Notes under the pieces: generated by a model
Seen by the model: only the letters and a program-made list of their open reading frames with translations
What the model was told of the DNA's origin: nothing
Databases searched by the model: none
In this document: one piece after another, positions 51,628 to 64,000 of the stretch
Layout: each line of letters opens with the position of its first letter
Numbering within the stretch: position 1 is the stretch's first letter
Program-made: the position numbers and the translations under genes
Source: Ophelia neglecta
Taxonomy: Eukaryota
Assembly (NCBI GenBank): GCA_965285935.1
Contig: OZ260661.1
Span: forward strand, 27,962,001-28,026,000
DNA: 64,000 nucleotides
Direction: 5' to 3'

Positions 51628-54600
51628 ATGGAATGCTCAGGAAAATTGGTTTTCGAAGAAATTTTGTCATTCATGAGAAAGGTAAGAAGAACAAAATTGC
51701 AAGCTATGCATGAAGTGCCCAATCGAGTATTTCTAGCTTGATAGAGATTACAAAATGTCGGTTTTATTCAGGCCTTTGTGGTGTGGTGTTTAGAAACTGT
51801 ATTATCGCCCAAACAGTGTGTTCATGTGAATACAGTCGAAGTCGCCCCTAAACGTAGTCGCCCACTCGCCTTTTATCGAAGTCGGCCCGGTTGCCGACGA
51901 AGTCGCCCTATGCTGACTAACGAACTCGACCCAAGTGCCGTACGAAGTCGACCTACGTTTTTTTATCTCTAATTACTGAGTTTAGGAAGCACTCAAACAT
52001 AGAAATAAACAATCATGTATATAGTTTAAAGTTATTTCGCGATATAGCCCTATATCTTGCGTTAAAGGACCACAACTTAGGTTGCAGGGAACTAAATAAA
52101 TCTCCTATCTCTTACATGTTAAATCGAGGCTTTTCGTCGTCATTTTTCGTATTTTCACAACAATAATCTGCATATAGCGACTAGTTCTGCCTAGAGGCCT
52201 ATGTATTAGGGAAAAAATATCAAAAATTCAACATAGCAAATGTACAAAAAAATGTTGCTAGAGGCTCGAGAAGAAAAAGTGGCCATTTTACTTGTTTTTG
52301 TCACATTTGGCTGCCATACCGCACAAATGAACCCAAAAATATCCACATAGGTCTTTCGGAATCCCACAATTCCAAAACAATACCATCCCCGGTCAAAATT
52401 TTTTTACTATTCATAAACATACTATCTAAATTTTACTATTAACACATAAACCAGGTAACCCGGGTATGTTTTCTGCCTTTTTTGGCCAATCACAGGCCAG
52501 CTTGGCCAACTTTATTATTGCCCTGAGAGCTCTGGAACACCTACCAGGGGGCAGCACTGCATGGAAAAACTGCTATTTAGTTCACTGCTGCCTATAAGGG
52601 GAGATTTTTTTTCTGGGCTTTCTAAAAAATTGGGTTAAATGGTAGCTAATGATCATTGCAAATCTATTTCCAATGTTTTTTGGGCAAAAAAATGGGTTTT
52701 TCTGCCTCACCTGGCCATTTGAAAATGACATGTCTACTCGGTATGGGCCCAATTAAACCCCCTGATGACGCCTCATACGAAAATGTAAAAATGTTGAATA
52801 TCTATCGTCATTATTATGAACCTAAAGTTGAATGTCCACTTCTCATACACAACTGCTCATGCAAATGGACCCCCCTCGTACCCGATACATGAGTATATAC
52901 ATCATGCTACTGCCATCACGACGGTTGCCATGGAAACCACACTTCAGCCTAGACTGGTTACTGGTTGTTACTTTTGTCATGGGCAGGCATGAATTAGCCC
53001 AGTGAATACCCAAATGTATAAGAAAGTAGTCAGAGGTCAAAGTTGATATCATCCCTGAATAGTTGCAACAGTCATTGTGCACTAGCTACATAGTTGCCAT
53101 GGTTACAAAGGACAGTAACAACCCATAGAGCGGCGTGTTGAATAATAATAAAATGTTCTTACTTGGTGGGCAAGGCTAATTGGCATGCATCTACACCTCC
53201 AAACAAAGTGAATTACCACATACGATTTGCCTCAAATTCGGAGGACAGTTCCTGAAAATATGGCCAGCTCTACCCATCACCACCGACCTATCACCCCCTC
53301 CCCCTTCCCATCACTGCCGGCCATACTTTTCGTCCACTATGCATCAATTTAAGTGGCCTTTGGCCCTTGTTATCCCCTAGAGTCTTATTATAAGTATACA
53401 GAAGCACATTTTAACCAAAAATAATTAAGTAGCAAGGATAAATTACACAAATTTAGGTGAAATTGTCCGATTTTAGCTAATTCTGCCTATAGGTTGCAGG
53501 GAACTAAATAAATCTCCTATCTCTTACATGTTAAATCGAGGCTTTTCGTCGTCATTTTTTGTATTTTCACAACAATAATCTGCATATAGCGACTAGTTCT
53601 GCCTAGAGGCCTATGTATTAGGGAAAAAATATCAAAAATTCAGCATAGCAAATGTACAAAAAAATTTTGCTAGAGGCTCGAGAAGAAAAAGTGGCCATTT
53701 TACTTGTTTTTGTCACATTTGGCTGCCATACCGCACAAATGAACCCAAAAATATCCACCTAGGTCTTTCGGAATCCCACAATTCCAAAACAATACCATCC
53801 CCGGTCAAAATTTTTTTACTATTCATAAGCATACTATCTAAATTTTACTATTAACACATAAACCAGGCAACCCGGGTATGTTTTCTGCCTTTTTTGGCCA
53901 ATCACAGGCCAGCTTGGCCAACTTTATTATTGCCCCGAGAGCTCTGGAACACCTACCAGGGGGCAGCACTGCATGGAAAAACTGCTATTTAGTTCACTGC
54001 AACCCTTAGTTTTAACCCCATCTACAACCAAAAGAACGTGGACCGCCATCTTTGGTAAAGCATATGTACTCTGACAACCCTGACCTTTAGACCTACACAT
54101 GCGTGGCATGACATCCGTTTGAATGTAAACAAAGATTGGCTGTTCCATTGGTCCATACGGCATGGAGGGACTTATTAACTCGAACTGTCACCTTGTTTTT
54201 CAACTTTAAAATATATTTGTTCTTATTATTTTGCCATGGTGCCTGATTACCTGCGAGTGGCAATGCCTCCTGGTACAGTGGTACACAAAGTGGCCCCCTG
54301 CCCGTAACGAAATCGCCCCTCGGCCCTAACGAAGTCACCCTCTATTTTCAGGATAGGGCGACTTCGATAAGGGGCGACTTTGCCTGATTCCGTTCATGTA
54401 TATGGATCAATATATTAAATCAGTGATTTAGAATATTGATTTGATATATTGATTCGATATATTGGTTTCCAAAAGATCCCTAATGCGCAGGGGCGGCAGC
54501 AGATAGCAACCACGTAGCCGCTGAAAAAACCAATCATATCCATGCGTAAGACGAGTATAACATTAGTTTTCATGAATATTTTAGGCTAGGGGAGTTTATC

Positions 54601-57600
54601 ATCCCCAGGTTGCCTAACTTTAGAACATCACATACTATGGTACGAGCAAACAGATCCCAGGTCAACTCGCGCAGCAGTCAAGACACCCGAGCTTGTTTTA
54701 TTTATTTTTGTATCTTTGTCATGTTAAGAAGACATCCATTACTTATATTATTATTTGTGAAAGATCAAAATATAAAAGAAATAAATAGATAAAATTGTAT
54801 TAAGTTTCTGGATTCACACACTACTACAGTGAGGTCTCTTTAGGGAGAGGATCTTAAAGCCAGGACGTTAGGGAATTGACGGGGGTAGAGCGGGAAAAGC
54901 CGGGTAGAAGTGTTGGGCAACAGTAAAAGTTAGCTCAATTTAGAAAGTGTGTAATGACATATGCCGTCTTTAGTGTAACATATTTCCAGGAGCCACTGCC
55001 ACTTGCAGGCAATAGCAAAACAAACAGCAAATATACATTATATGGTTGAAAAACAGAGTCACAGTTCGAGTTGATAGGTCCTGTATGGAACCAATCATCT
55101 TGGTTTAAATTCAAACTGAAGTCATGCCACACATGTGTAGGTCTAATGGCCAGGGGGGTCACAGTACCTATGCTACCCCAATATGCGAGAACTGGACCAG
55201 TTGTCACAGTACATAGCAAGGCAGCATTGTATCTCGATCGCTGCTTACTTACTTCAGCCATGATTTTTCAGCTGCTGTTGTATTTTTGGAGGTAATTATA
55301 TCCGCGAAATGCGGATATTATGTTTTCAGTAGCGCCGCGGCCGCAGATTTTAGTCGTTAACGCGATAACTCAAAAACCACTTTGTACCGGTACATCTTTT
55401 TCAAATTCAACACAGCCATAGACCTTATTGAGAGGAGGAACTGATTAGATTCTGGTGAAAATCCAATAATTATTAATTAGTTAAAACAATTAATTAATTA
55501 CGTCAGAAACGCATTTTCTGCAATAACACAAAAAATATTTGATACATCTTTTTCTAATTTGACACAGCCATAGACCTTATTAAGAGGAAGACCTGTATTT
55601 ATTCTGGTGAATTTCTGATAATTATTAATTAGTTAAAATAATTAATTAATTATGTCAAAAACACATTTTCTATCATATATTCCAAAGTATAGATGATATT
55701 GGCTTGAAGTTTTGTGTCATGATTCATGTAATAACTATATACAATCTGTGTAATAAGTTAACTAGTTAACTTTATTAATGACCTGAAAAAAAATTTAGTT
55801 AAGGTGGTTTTGCATTATTCTTGAGGTCATATGGAACCAACTTTATTAATGACCTGCCTTATTATTGAGGTTATATAGAAGCTTCTACAATATGTGTAAC
55901 AAGTTAACTAGTGCTGTGTAATAAGTTAAATAGTTAACTTTATTAAAGACCCTGAAAAAAAAATAGTTAAGGCAGTTTTTCATTATTATTGAGTTCATAT
56001 GGAACCAATTACAATGTGTGTAATAAGTTAACTAGTTAACTTTATTAATGACCTGAAAAAAAATTAGTTAAGGTCGTTTTGCATTATTATTGAGGTCATA
56101 TGGAACCTACTACAATGTGTGTAATAAGTTAACTAGTAAACTTTATTAATGACCTGAAAAAAAATTAGTTAGGGTCGTTTTGCATTATTATTGAGGTCAT
56201 ATGACACCAACTTTAAGAATGACCTGCATTATTATTCAGGTCAAATAGAACCTACTACAATCTGTGTCATAAGTTAACTAGTACTGTGTAATAAGTTAAC
56301 TAGTTTAACCTTAATAATGACCTGAACAAAAATTAGTTAAGGTCGTTATCTTTTGTGCCAACTAAAAACTACCATATTCACTACCTCGCCTTATGCCATG
56401 TTCCCCATTCGATTATTGCACCCATTCGCGGATATACCCCTTGTTGTCGGCCCCCCGACAGCGTTGGCCTAGTTAAATAAATAAGGCATTGAATAAGGGC
56501 ATAATAATCTCCTTTTTAGAGAGTACCTTCAAAGAATTGTGAGAGGCCTTTTTAGGCTTGTTGTGTTTGTTGTAGTATTAAGAGTTGTTAGCTGTAGCTG
56601 GCTTTCAAGAAAGTGCTGGTTGTATGAAAGCCTTGATATATATATATATATGTAGAATATCCTTTTAAGAATTTGATTGATAAATTTGTTTTGAAGTACA
56701 GGCTAATATTTTAGATACACTTGGAACAAATCCTATGTTAGTTTAGTATGCACTTTTGTATTGCACTTTGCACATATAGACATTTTTTTGTGATTTTCGC
56801 ATGAGGATTGCTCAGTAATCGGACAAACTTCAAAATGGATAGTGTTGACAATATATAAATTTATATTTGATCTTATAACATTAATGTTTGTGCATATATC
56901 ATTTGAGAGCCTGGTCTGGCTTTTATGGAGTAAAAAACCTGGTGCAAAAGATAACCATGTAACAGTTCCCATTTCTCCTCACAGCTAGATGTATTGTCAG
57001 CAGAAGAGACAGAAACTATGAAGAAGATTTTACAAGATTCTCTGACACAGAGCCCACCTGACAAATTAGTGGATGGACTGAGAGAATTATCATCAGCTCT
57101 GCAGGTAACATTGTTAATCTGTGTACGGTATTAATAAAGCTTTTAGCACTAATTTAATGACAAAATTGCATAGAATGGATCAAAAAACAGTCCTATCACA
57201 TTCTAACTTTATCATATACGCTCTCATATGAATATATAAATTCCTGAGAAACTCTTTATTAATTTTGAGTGGCTCCTTGCATTATTTGTTGATGTATTAG
57301 GCCATCATATTTAATATGTTGGTTCACAAGACCACCCTGGTCAATTTTATTGGAAATTGGAATCAAATTAAAATAGGAATTTGACAATTTTATTTTTATC
57401 AGCTCAGGAAATTGACCCTACTTTCTGAACTTTTATTTGTCTTTTTTTTATCTTGAGTATTACATCTTTTCTTACTGCCTTTATGGCAAGTCACTGTACC
57501 AGGTTTTTTCCTTTTTTCGCCCTGTGTAAATGAAATCCATTTATTTTTTATCTTTCCTTCTGCCTTGTCTGTGGTTTGTCAAAAAGCTTTCAGAAACCAA

Positions 57601-60600
57601 CATGCTGATTTAATGCTGGCCTTAACTATTTAAGTGAAAAATCATAGTCATGAATACAAAAATGTTAGCTCTGTTTCATCAAATAATATAAATGCTTTAC
57701 AAATGAGTACAATGTTGACCAGACCTGGGGTCCAGTACATCTAAATGTACTTGAGTACAAATATGAGTACTTTCCTTATGGCTGAGTACAAGTACAAGTA
57801 CTCTTTTTTCAGATGTACTGGAGTACAAATACTTTAGAATGTAGAGTACAAGTACAAGTACATTTTTTTGGCTAAAATAATCAATATGAAAAAAGACAAA
57901 CAAATGTGTTTGTAAATAATAAAGCATGTTAAATTTATAACAATACACAAATACACAAATACAAATACAATGCAGTAACATGTTCCCAAGAAGCAAATCT
58001 GAGATAACCTTAATTAAGATCACCTGAGATATGCTCAGCACAATTAAATTGTTGTGCTTAGTGCTTACCAGAGTTTATTTAGGATGTGCCTTGTGACTAC
58101 ATCATAGACTGGCAGGGCAGGTGAAATCATCAATACAGCAATGTAATTGCACTGAGCACATCTCAAGTGTGCTTAATTGCGTTTATACTAGCCCATCATA
58201 AATGAACTCAGATAAGCAAACCTTTAATAAGCTCAGCCCATTTAATTGCTACTATACTGCAGGTTGAGAAAGCTGCTAGTATTTAGAAATAGTCAATTCC
58301 AATTGTTACACAATTACACATTCTAAGCATTGCCCATACAATGGCTTTCTAGTTTACTGCCCCCTCACCCTTGATCAAAGCATTACAGCATGACTCAGTG
58401 TTTATTTTCAGATTCAACCAGTTTACCCTATAGATTAATGTAAATAACCAGCATGTTTGCAGATAAGCTAGTTAGCTGATCACCCATCCATATAGTGATT
58501 GAATCACAGCCCAGCCCCAGTGATGAGATGCCCTTGTTTGGCTGGCTGGCAGCCTAGAGTTACTGTAGGTGTGTCGCCTACTGTGACTTTGGTGATGTGA
58601 TTTTTTTTCAAAATGTACTCAGATGTACTTAGATGTACTCTTAAAGTACAGGTATTTTATAATATATTCGAGTACAATTACGAGTACATGTACCAAATTT
58701 TACTACGAGTACAGAGTACATAAGAGTACCTGAAAATATGTACTTGAGGACACGAGTACATGAGCACACGGCCCCAGGTTTGATGTTGACATTCATGAAT
58801 TAATATTAATAATAACACTTAACATCATGTTTGCTAATGACCTACTCTTTTAATGTTAAAAATCACAGGTCACAGGAACCACGCCCAGTCACATTTTACT
58901 GACACTTGGGTGACCAGTCCTGATACTACAGCGGTCCCTGCTATGTAGGGCCACCCCTATATCCAAGGAAAGGTGGCCATTCATCGGAGGGGCCTTACAA
59001 CGCAGGGACCACTGTACCGCCATAATATTGGGCTCCTTGCAGTGGAGCTATTGGTACCTTTTTTTACATCTTGGGTTTACCTTGATCGGGATTCAAACCC
59101 TGATCTACCACAAGCCAGGTGGCTGCTCCACCAGCTCGGCTAGCCTTTGGTGGTCACTTAAAAGTCTTAAGGGGCATCGAAAACAATCAAAGTAGTCTTA
59201 AACTGTTTAGCTAGTAACATCTGCACACTGCTTTCTACATACCTGTAATAAAGTAGTATAAATATGTGATTTATAACAGCTCATAACCAAGGACATGGAA
59301 GTCATACATATAAAGGCCAGTTAGAGATAATGTGGCCCTGCCAACCTCTTTCTGGCCACAATTTCTTTAAATACAATCAGGGATGTTTTTCAGACTGGCC
59401 CAACTAGTAGGAAGTTTAGAGCATACAGATAGTTGATATTGAGCTGTACTTACTATCTCATGTACTAAATTTGATAACTACTGGTTATTGCAAGTCCACA
59501 AAGATAGGGGGTTATATTGATGGATTCGTGTTTCTTAAATGATTAATGGCAACTCGGATTTTTTTTACAGTGAAACCTGCCTTAAAGACCACCTCTATAC
59601 TCAGACCACCTGCCAATTCAGACCACTCATATGAAGACCACAATACACTCTTTCAATGTAAAAATAACCTGTGTAAACAGACCACCTCTATAATCAGACC
59701 AGTATTTGCCAGTCCCTTGGGTGGTCTTAATTCAAAGGTTTCACTGTACATTTAAGAGGGGTTCAAAATATTTTTTTGTTAGGAAATGAGGTTCCTCTGG
59801 GCCACCCGAATTTTTCTGTTTGTATCAGTTTTTCTTTTCTCTTATGGCATCATACTACTTGTATTGATTTATTATTGGTAATATATATTTAATCATTCAT
59901 TTTCTCATTTATTGCACTCACTGTTAATTTTTAATTCATTTGTAAAGCTAAGTTAAGGACCTGTCCCCTTTTTCCAAGTTGATGACCCATACTCCAGCCT
60001 GGAGTCCTGTCCCTTTTTTCCTTTATTTATTTGTAACTGTTGTGAAACATTATTAATATTATTCTTTTGTACTGGGGTTGGTGTTTTTTTTGTATTTTAT
60101 CCTCATAGGAATAATAAATTAATTTTGAATTAAATTGAGAATTTAATAGAGTATTATGTAAACATGCAAAGAGAAACAGTTTGTCAAATTGTTCATTTGC
60201 ACTTGCCATATTCCATTATTACCAATAGTAAGCATTTCTTTCAGAAAATACTTGAAAGGGAAAAAAATAATACAGACGGAAGTCCTTATAGTAGAGAATC
60301 CACAGAGAAGAGGCCTGTGAGAAGGTGTTTGTTACAAACTACTAACAGCGCACTACTGAGCACAGGGCCGAAGGAAGACAGACGGCCCACAATAGACCCA
60401 TCCCTAGTACAAATACATGCAGATAAATCAGAGGCAAGATTATATATCTATGTTATTTAGGTGTATAATTGTGTTTTGCTTGAGGGTTAACAGTGGTTGG
60501 ACCTTGTGAATCTGAAGAGACCTTTAGCAGTGTGTGACATTAACTTTTTATCTTTGTAGACAACTGGTCTTTGAAAAATGAAAAGTTTAAAGACCTTTAC

Positions 60601-63158
60601 ACATTTTCATAGACCAAATCTGCATATGATAGATTTGATGTTCTGGACCTACAAGTTGTTTTTGGGCTCAAGGTCGGTGTTAAGGATCCTTTTTTCATGT
60701 GGATTGCGGCTTCACTGACCCGGAATCCACCATTTTTTTCCCAATTGGGCTAGAAGTAGTTTGAAAGTTTACTCCAACTGCAGTCCCTTTTTCCCTGTTG
60801 GGATACTTCTTACCAACCAAATATGCAACGAAGTCAAACGATGAAATCTTTCCATGTTATAAGAACACTGGTCTGCTATTAGGGTCATATTTTCGGTTAC
60901 AGGTCAGTGTTTAGGGTATATATTTTCCACCATCCACAGTCTGCTCTGTTAGCAATTGTCCGAAGCCCACAGACTAGTAAAGTTTATTTGGACTGGTTAA
61001 TTCTACACACCCAGGACTAGTCAGACAGGCCAAAATTTCCATAATTTTTTTTATGAAAGCTCAATCGTAACATATGCCAGAACTTGGACATTGCTATCCT
61101 AGACCACTGATGTAAAACACAGACTGTTTTTGGTTGCCACTACCAGCCAAGCACTCTATGAGAGTCAACTGGATTACACAATTCTTACCATTCATAATGC
61201 TAGCTTTTATATACTAGTAAAAGTTTGGACTAGTTCACAAACATTGGGAATTGGTCTAGGGTTACTGGTCCGAATTGACTAGTAGCCTTGTAAGTTCTTC
61301 CTGCAGGTCAGTGTTTAGGGTAATATTTTGAAGTTTGCTGCAGTACAAAGACCAGTTTTGTTCAGGAAAACTTTTGGGGTATTATATATATTGAAACCAG
61401 CTTGTACCACAGGAACAATATTACCATGAGTACATATATATGTCCATAGCGGAGGGATCAGCAGGTCATGCTATACGTTTCAGTGTGTTTCAACTTAAAT
61501 TTTATACTACTTTAAGAGTGTAACTGATGGTACCCCATGCTACAGCTTTATGGCTCATATATATATTATGGTTATACATGAAAGCTTAAAGGATTGAAAG
61601 TGACACAGGGACATATCTCATCTCTCCCCCTCCTAGCCCAGCTAAACGTACCCTGATTTAAATGTTATTTTTGAAATGTGTGGCACTTTCCTCCCCCAAG
61701 CAAGTCAGGTGGTTTGTTTATACAGCTTATTTTACATTGATATGTGGTCTCCACCTTAGTGACCTGAATTGACAGGTGGTCTGACTGTGGAGGTCAGGTG
61801 GTCTTTAAAGTCAGGATTATTTTGTCCTAAAAATAAATTACTTAATGTATTATTTAGATTGAGAGAAGAATCCATGCCTTTATTGAGCGCAAACAAGAGG
61901 AGGTGGATGGCATCAATCGTCGAGAATTTTGTAGTATAACGGAAGATTCGGTTGGTGAGTACTGAATTCGGCTATTCATACACAGTATGTTGCTGGGGAA
62001 CCCTTGTCACTCACTGCTTGGTTAGCTAGTGGGCTGGCTATTATTCTGAGTTCTGATTGGTCAAGCCACTCCCTCGGAATGCCTGCAGCTCTTAAGTCTA
62101 TCGAGCATCTTCTCTGCTTACTGTCCTGCTATTGTGAGCTATATTGTTGCTATTATATGCATGTTAATAAAGCTTTTATAAAAATTATTCTTTGATCATA
62201 TGCTCCTTGTATTTCTGAGGGTGCCATATCCCCAAAATCTAGGTGAGCTGCTAAATAAGAGGACTCGGTCATACTTGGGACTAAAAGTATGGATAGTATT
62301 TATCTAGTTTCATCCTTTGCATCTCTGCTATTAAGATGAAATTATGCCTGCAGCCAGTGTTACTGACTACTACTTAACACTTTGAGAAGTTTGTCATGAA
62401 AGCCTATTAAGATAGTTATTCTCTAGCATATGGTTTATAATGATGCTTACCTGGTCAGTGTATCTTAACTACCTGTAGTCAGGTATAGCTACGTTGAGAA
62501 TCACAGTCCGTCTGCAAAAACCAGATGCAGACCAGCAGAAATTCATTGAAGGAGCACCAAATTTTATTATATGCATTTAGATTGAGTTGTAGAAGACCAA
62601 TCACAGAACTCAGCAATTTCTGAACTGTGAAAGAATACAGCTTATTAACTGTGAAAGAATACAGCTTATTAACGAGTGGTTAGTTTTGCAAATATCACAG
62701 CAGTTGGGCAGATAATTTCTGATTATAATATATGCATAAATATGCCTGTCAACATATGATCACATTGTGAGCGTTGTATAAGGCCATGGTAAGTGTAAAG
62801 TGTGGTTTACGTCAGCTAGCCAATTTTGGGCGAAATAAGCATCCTCCATGATATGGCATTCATATTTTTGAAAAAGTCTGAGGATACAAACTTTTGAGTA
62901 TATAAACGAAATTGCATTGCAGACAATGTGTCCATGTGTTTATCTCTTTCGACTCCTTCCTAGCTTTTTGAAATCCTTAGGATGTTAACCACTTTTTCTA
63001 CTTGCCATCCGTATGGCATATGATATTAATATCATAACATAATACAGAAATTAAGTTGCCCAATTATATTAATGTTTGCTGGTATATTACAGTGGAGAGT
63101 TGTGCCAGAACAGAAGCTGTCTTTATCCCAAGATTGGATGGTAAAAGTCATGTAAAAG
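51628..63158 (+). CDS. MBIP: MAP3K12-binding inhibitory protein 1 homologue (ATAC complex subunit), 5' part; gene continues beyond the window
   Basis: Exons 51628-51681 (MECSGKLVFEEILSFMRK), 56985-57104, 60245-60433 (...IDPSLVQIHADKSE, GC donor), 61858-61954 (IERRIHAFIERKQEEVDGINRREFC), 63093-63158 (ESCARTEAVFIPRLDGKSHVK). The last three match the conserved MBIP block as recalled (VQIKAGKAEIDRRISAFIERKQ...REFC...SCARTDA...KSHVKV). The first two exons rest on splice and phase fit only. Confidence 0.85.
51828..54391. mobile_element. TIR element with GAAGTCGCCC subterminal repeats and 8-bp TSD GTTCATGT, carrying a nested repeat
   Basis: Ends GAATACAGTCGAAGTCGCCCCT / AGGGGCGACTTTGCCTGATTCC; TSD at 51820-51827 and 54392-54399. 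Confidence 0.7.
52078..54005. repeat. Two ~515-bp near-identical direct repeats (52078-52592 and 53489-54005) flanking ~900 bp
   Basis: Direct comparison shows only a few substitutions; each copy has short imperfect TIRs (GGTTGCAGGGAACTAAATA / TATTTAGTTCACTGC). Confidence 0.9.
55293..56474 (+). mobile_element. Helentron-associated (HINE-like) element with internal tandem arrays
   Basis: Subterminal inverted repeats TATATCCGCGAA (55297) / TTCGCGGATATA (56425), 3' hairpin TGTCGG-cccc-CCGACA, CTAG end, and internal TAAGTTAACTAGTTAAC repeats. Confidence 0.7.
57720..58782. mobile_element. hAT-like non-autonomous element, 8-bp TSD ATGTTGAC
   Basis: TIR CAGACCTGGGG / CCCCAGGTTTG; subterminal GTAC-rich repeats; TSD at 57712-57719 and 58783-58790. 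Confidence 0.85.
59568..59746. mobile_element. Tc1/mariner-type MITE
   Basis: TIR CAGTGAAACCT...AAGACCACC / GGTGGTCTT...AGGTTTCACTG with TA TSD. Confidence 0.8.
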
Positions 63159-64000
63159 GTTAGACTTTTAATAATATATTATTGAGCTGAAAACAGGTTA
63201 TTGGTATTTAACTGACTTTAAAGTGGAATTAGAGTACCATAATATTGGAAATACTAGTAGATATTAGATAGTGTTCCCTTACAGTAAGGTAAAATTTCTA
63301 TTAATTCACAGTCATTGGATAGGATTTAGATTGGATATTTGGGGTTCAATGACACATAAGCACCATGTTAGCGAGTTAGCCTTGTACCCTTAAGCGTGCT
63401 TGCCGTTTGTTTTATGTACTTTGTTATCTTTAGTGTAATATGAAAGGCATTTTTGAACTTATATAAGCCTTTTGAAGGGAACTTTATTCATTTGTTAACC
63501 CTTTCCTAAAGATACTACATATGCATGCCAGTAGAAGTGTGCAAGTAGCAATTACAGAAATCTTGCGAGGCAAAGGGTTCAAGAGTGTTTTCAGGCAGAA
63601 TATGAATGCAGTCATAATATATTGCATTTTCATATCAAATTTCATGTGGAGAGAATATCTTCATTAAAACTTTTCATTTGCAAAGCATGAATATGCCCTT
63701 CAATGTCATTTTGGCCCTCACCTTTTTAGAAGAAAAAATGGGGGCATATGTATTTGGCCTTGAGTTTTTTAGGAAGCCCGCTGGGGCTGGATAAATTTGC
63801 TTTGGCAGTAAAACTTGGATCCATGGAAACCATTTGGTAATCATTGGTGTGCTGGGCTGATGAATTTTTTTAGAATACTTTCCTTGAACTTACTACTACT
63901 GTTACTTGAGTTACAAAACATTTTTCAATGCCCCAGATTATGTGATTCGGCAACGAAAAACTACTGTTACTTCGCTCAAATTGACTGGGATAAAGCACCT

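Overview
AT-rich, intron-rich animal genomic DNA (invertebrate; the repeat and gene content suggest a lophotrochozoan such as an annelid, but the taxon cannot be fixed from this window). The main feature is a + strand gene of at least 33 exons at 28714-48612. By manual splicing it encodes one continuous ~2,430-aa DEG/ENaC (ASIC-like) channel subunit with intact N-terminal HG motif, TM1, FPxxTICN, thumb cysteines and TM2 GxS filter. Two very large inserts sit inside its ectodomain: ~1,510 aa of adhesion/receptor modules in the finger region (PAN/Apple - MAM - Kringle - LDLa - MAM - MAM split by CUB - 4 further MAM) and ~490 aa of probably alpha-helical sequence in the knuckle region. Upstream is an intronless, decayed DEG/ENaC pseudogene (14726-16010). 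Downstream are the first five coding exons of MBIP (51628 to >63158), which runs out of the window. The rest is a ~4.2-kb tandem duplication, LINE fragments, MITEs (Mutator-, hAT- and Tc1-like), Helentron-like elements and simple repeats. All gene models were assembled by eye and have no transcript or database support.
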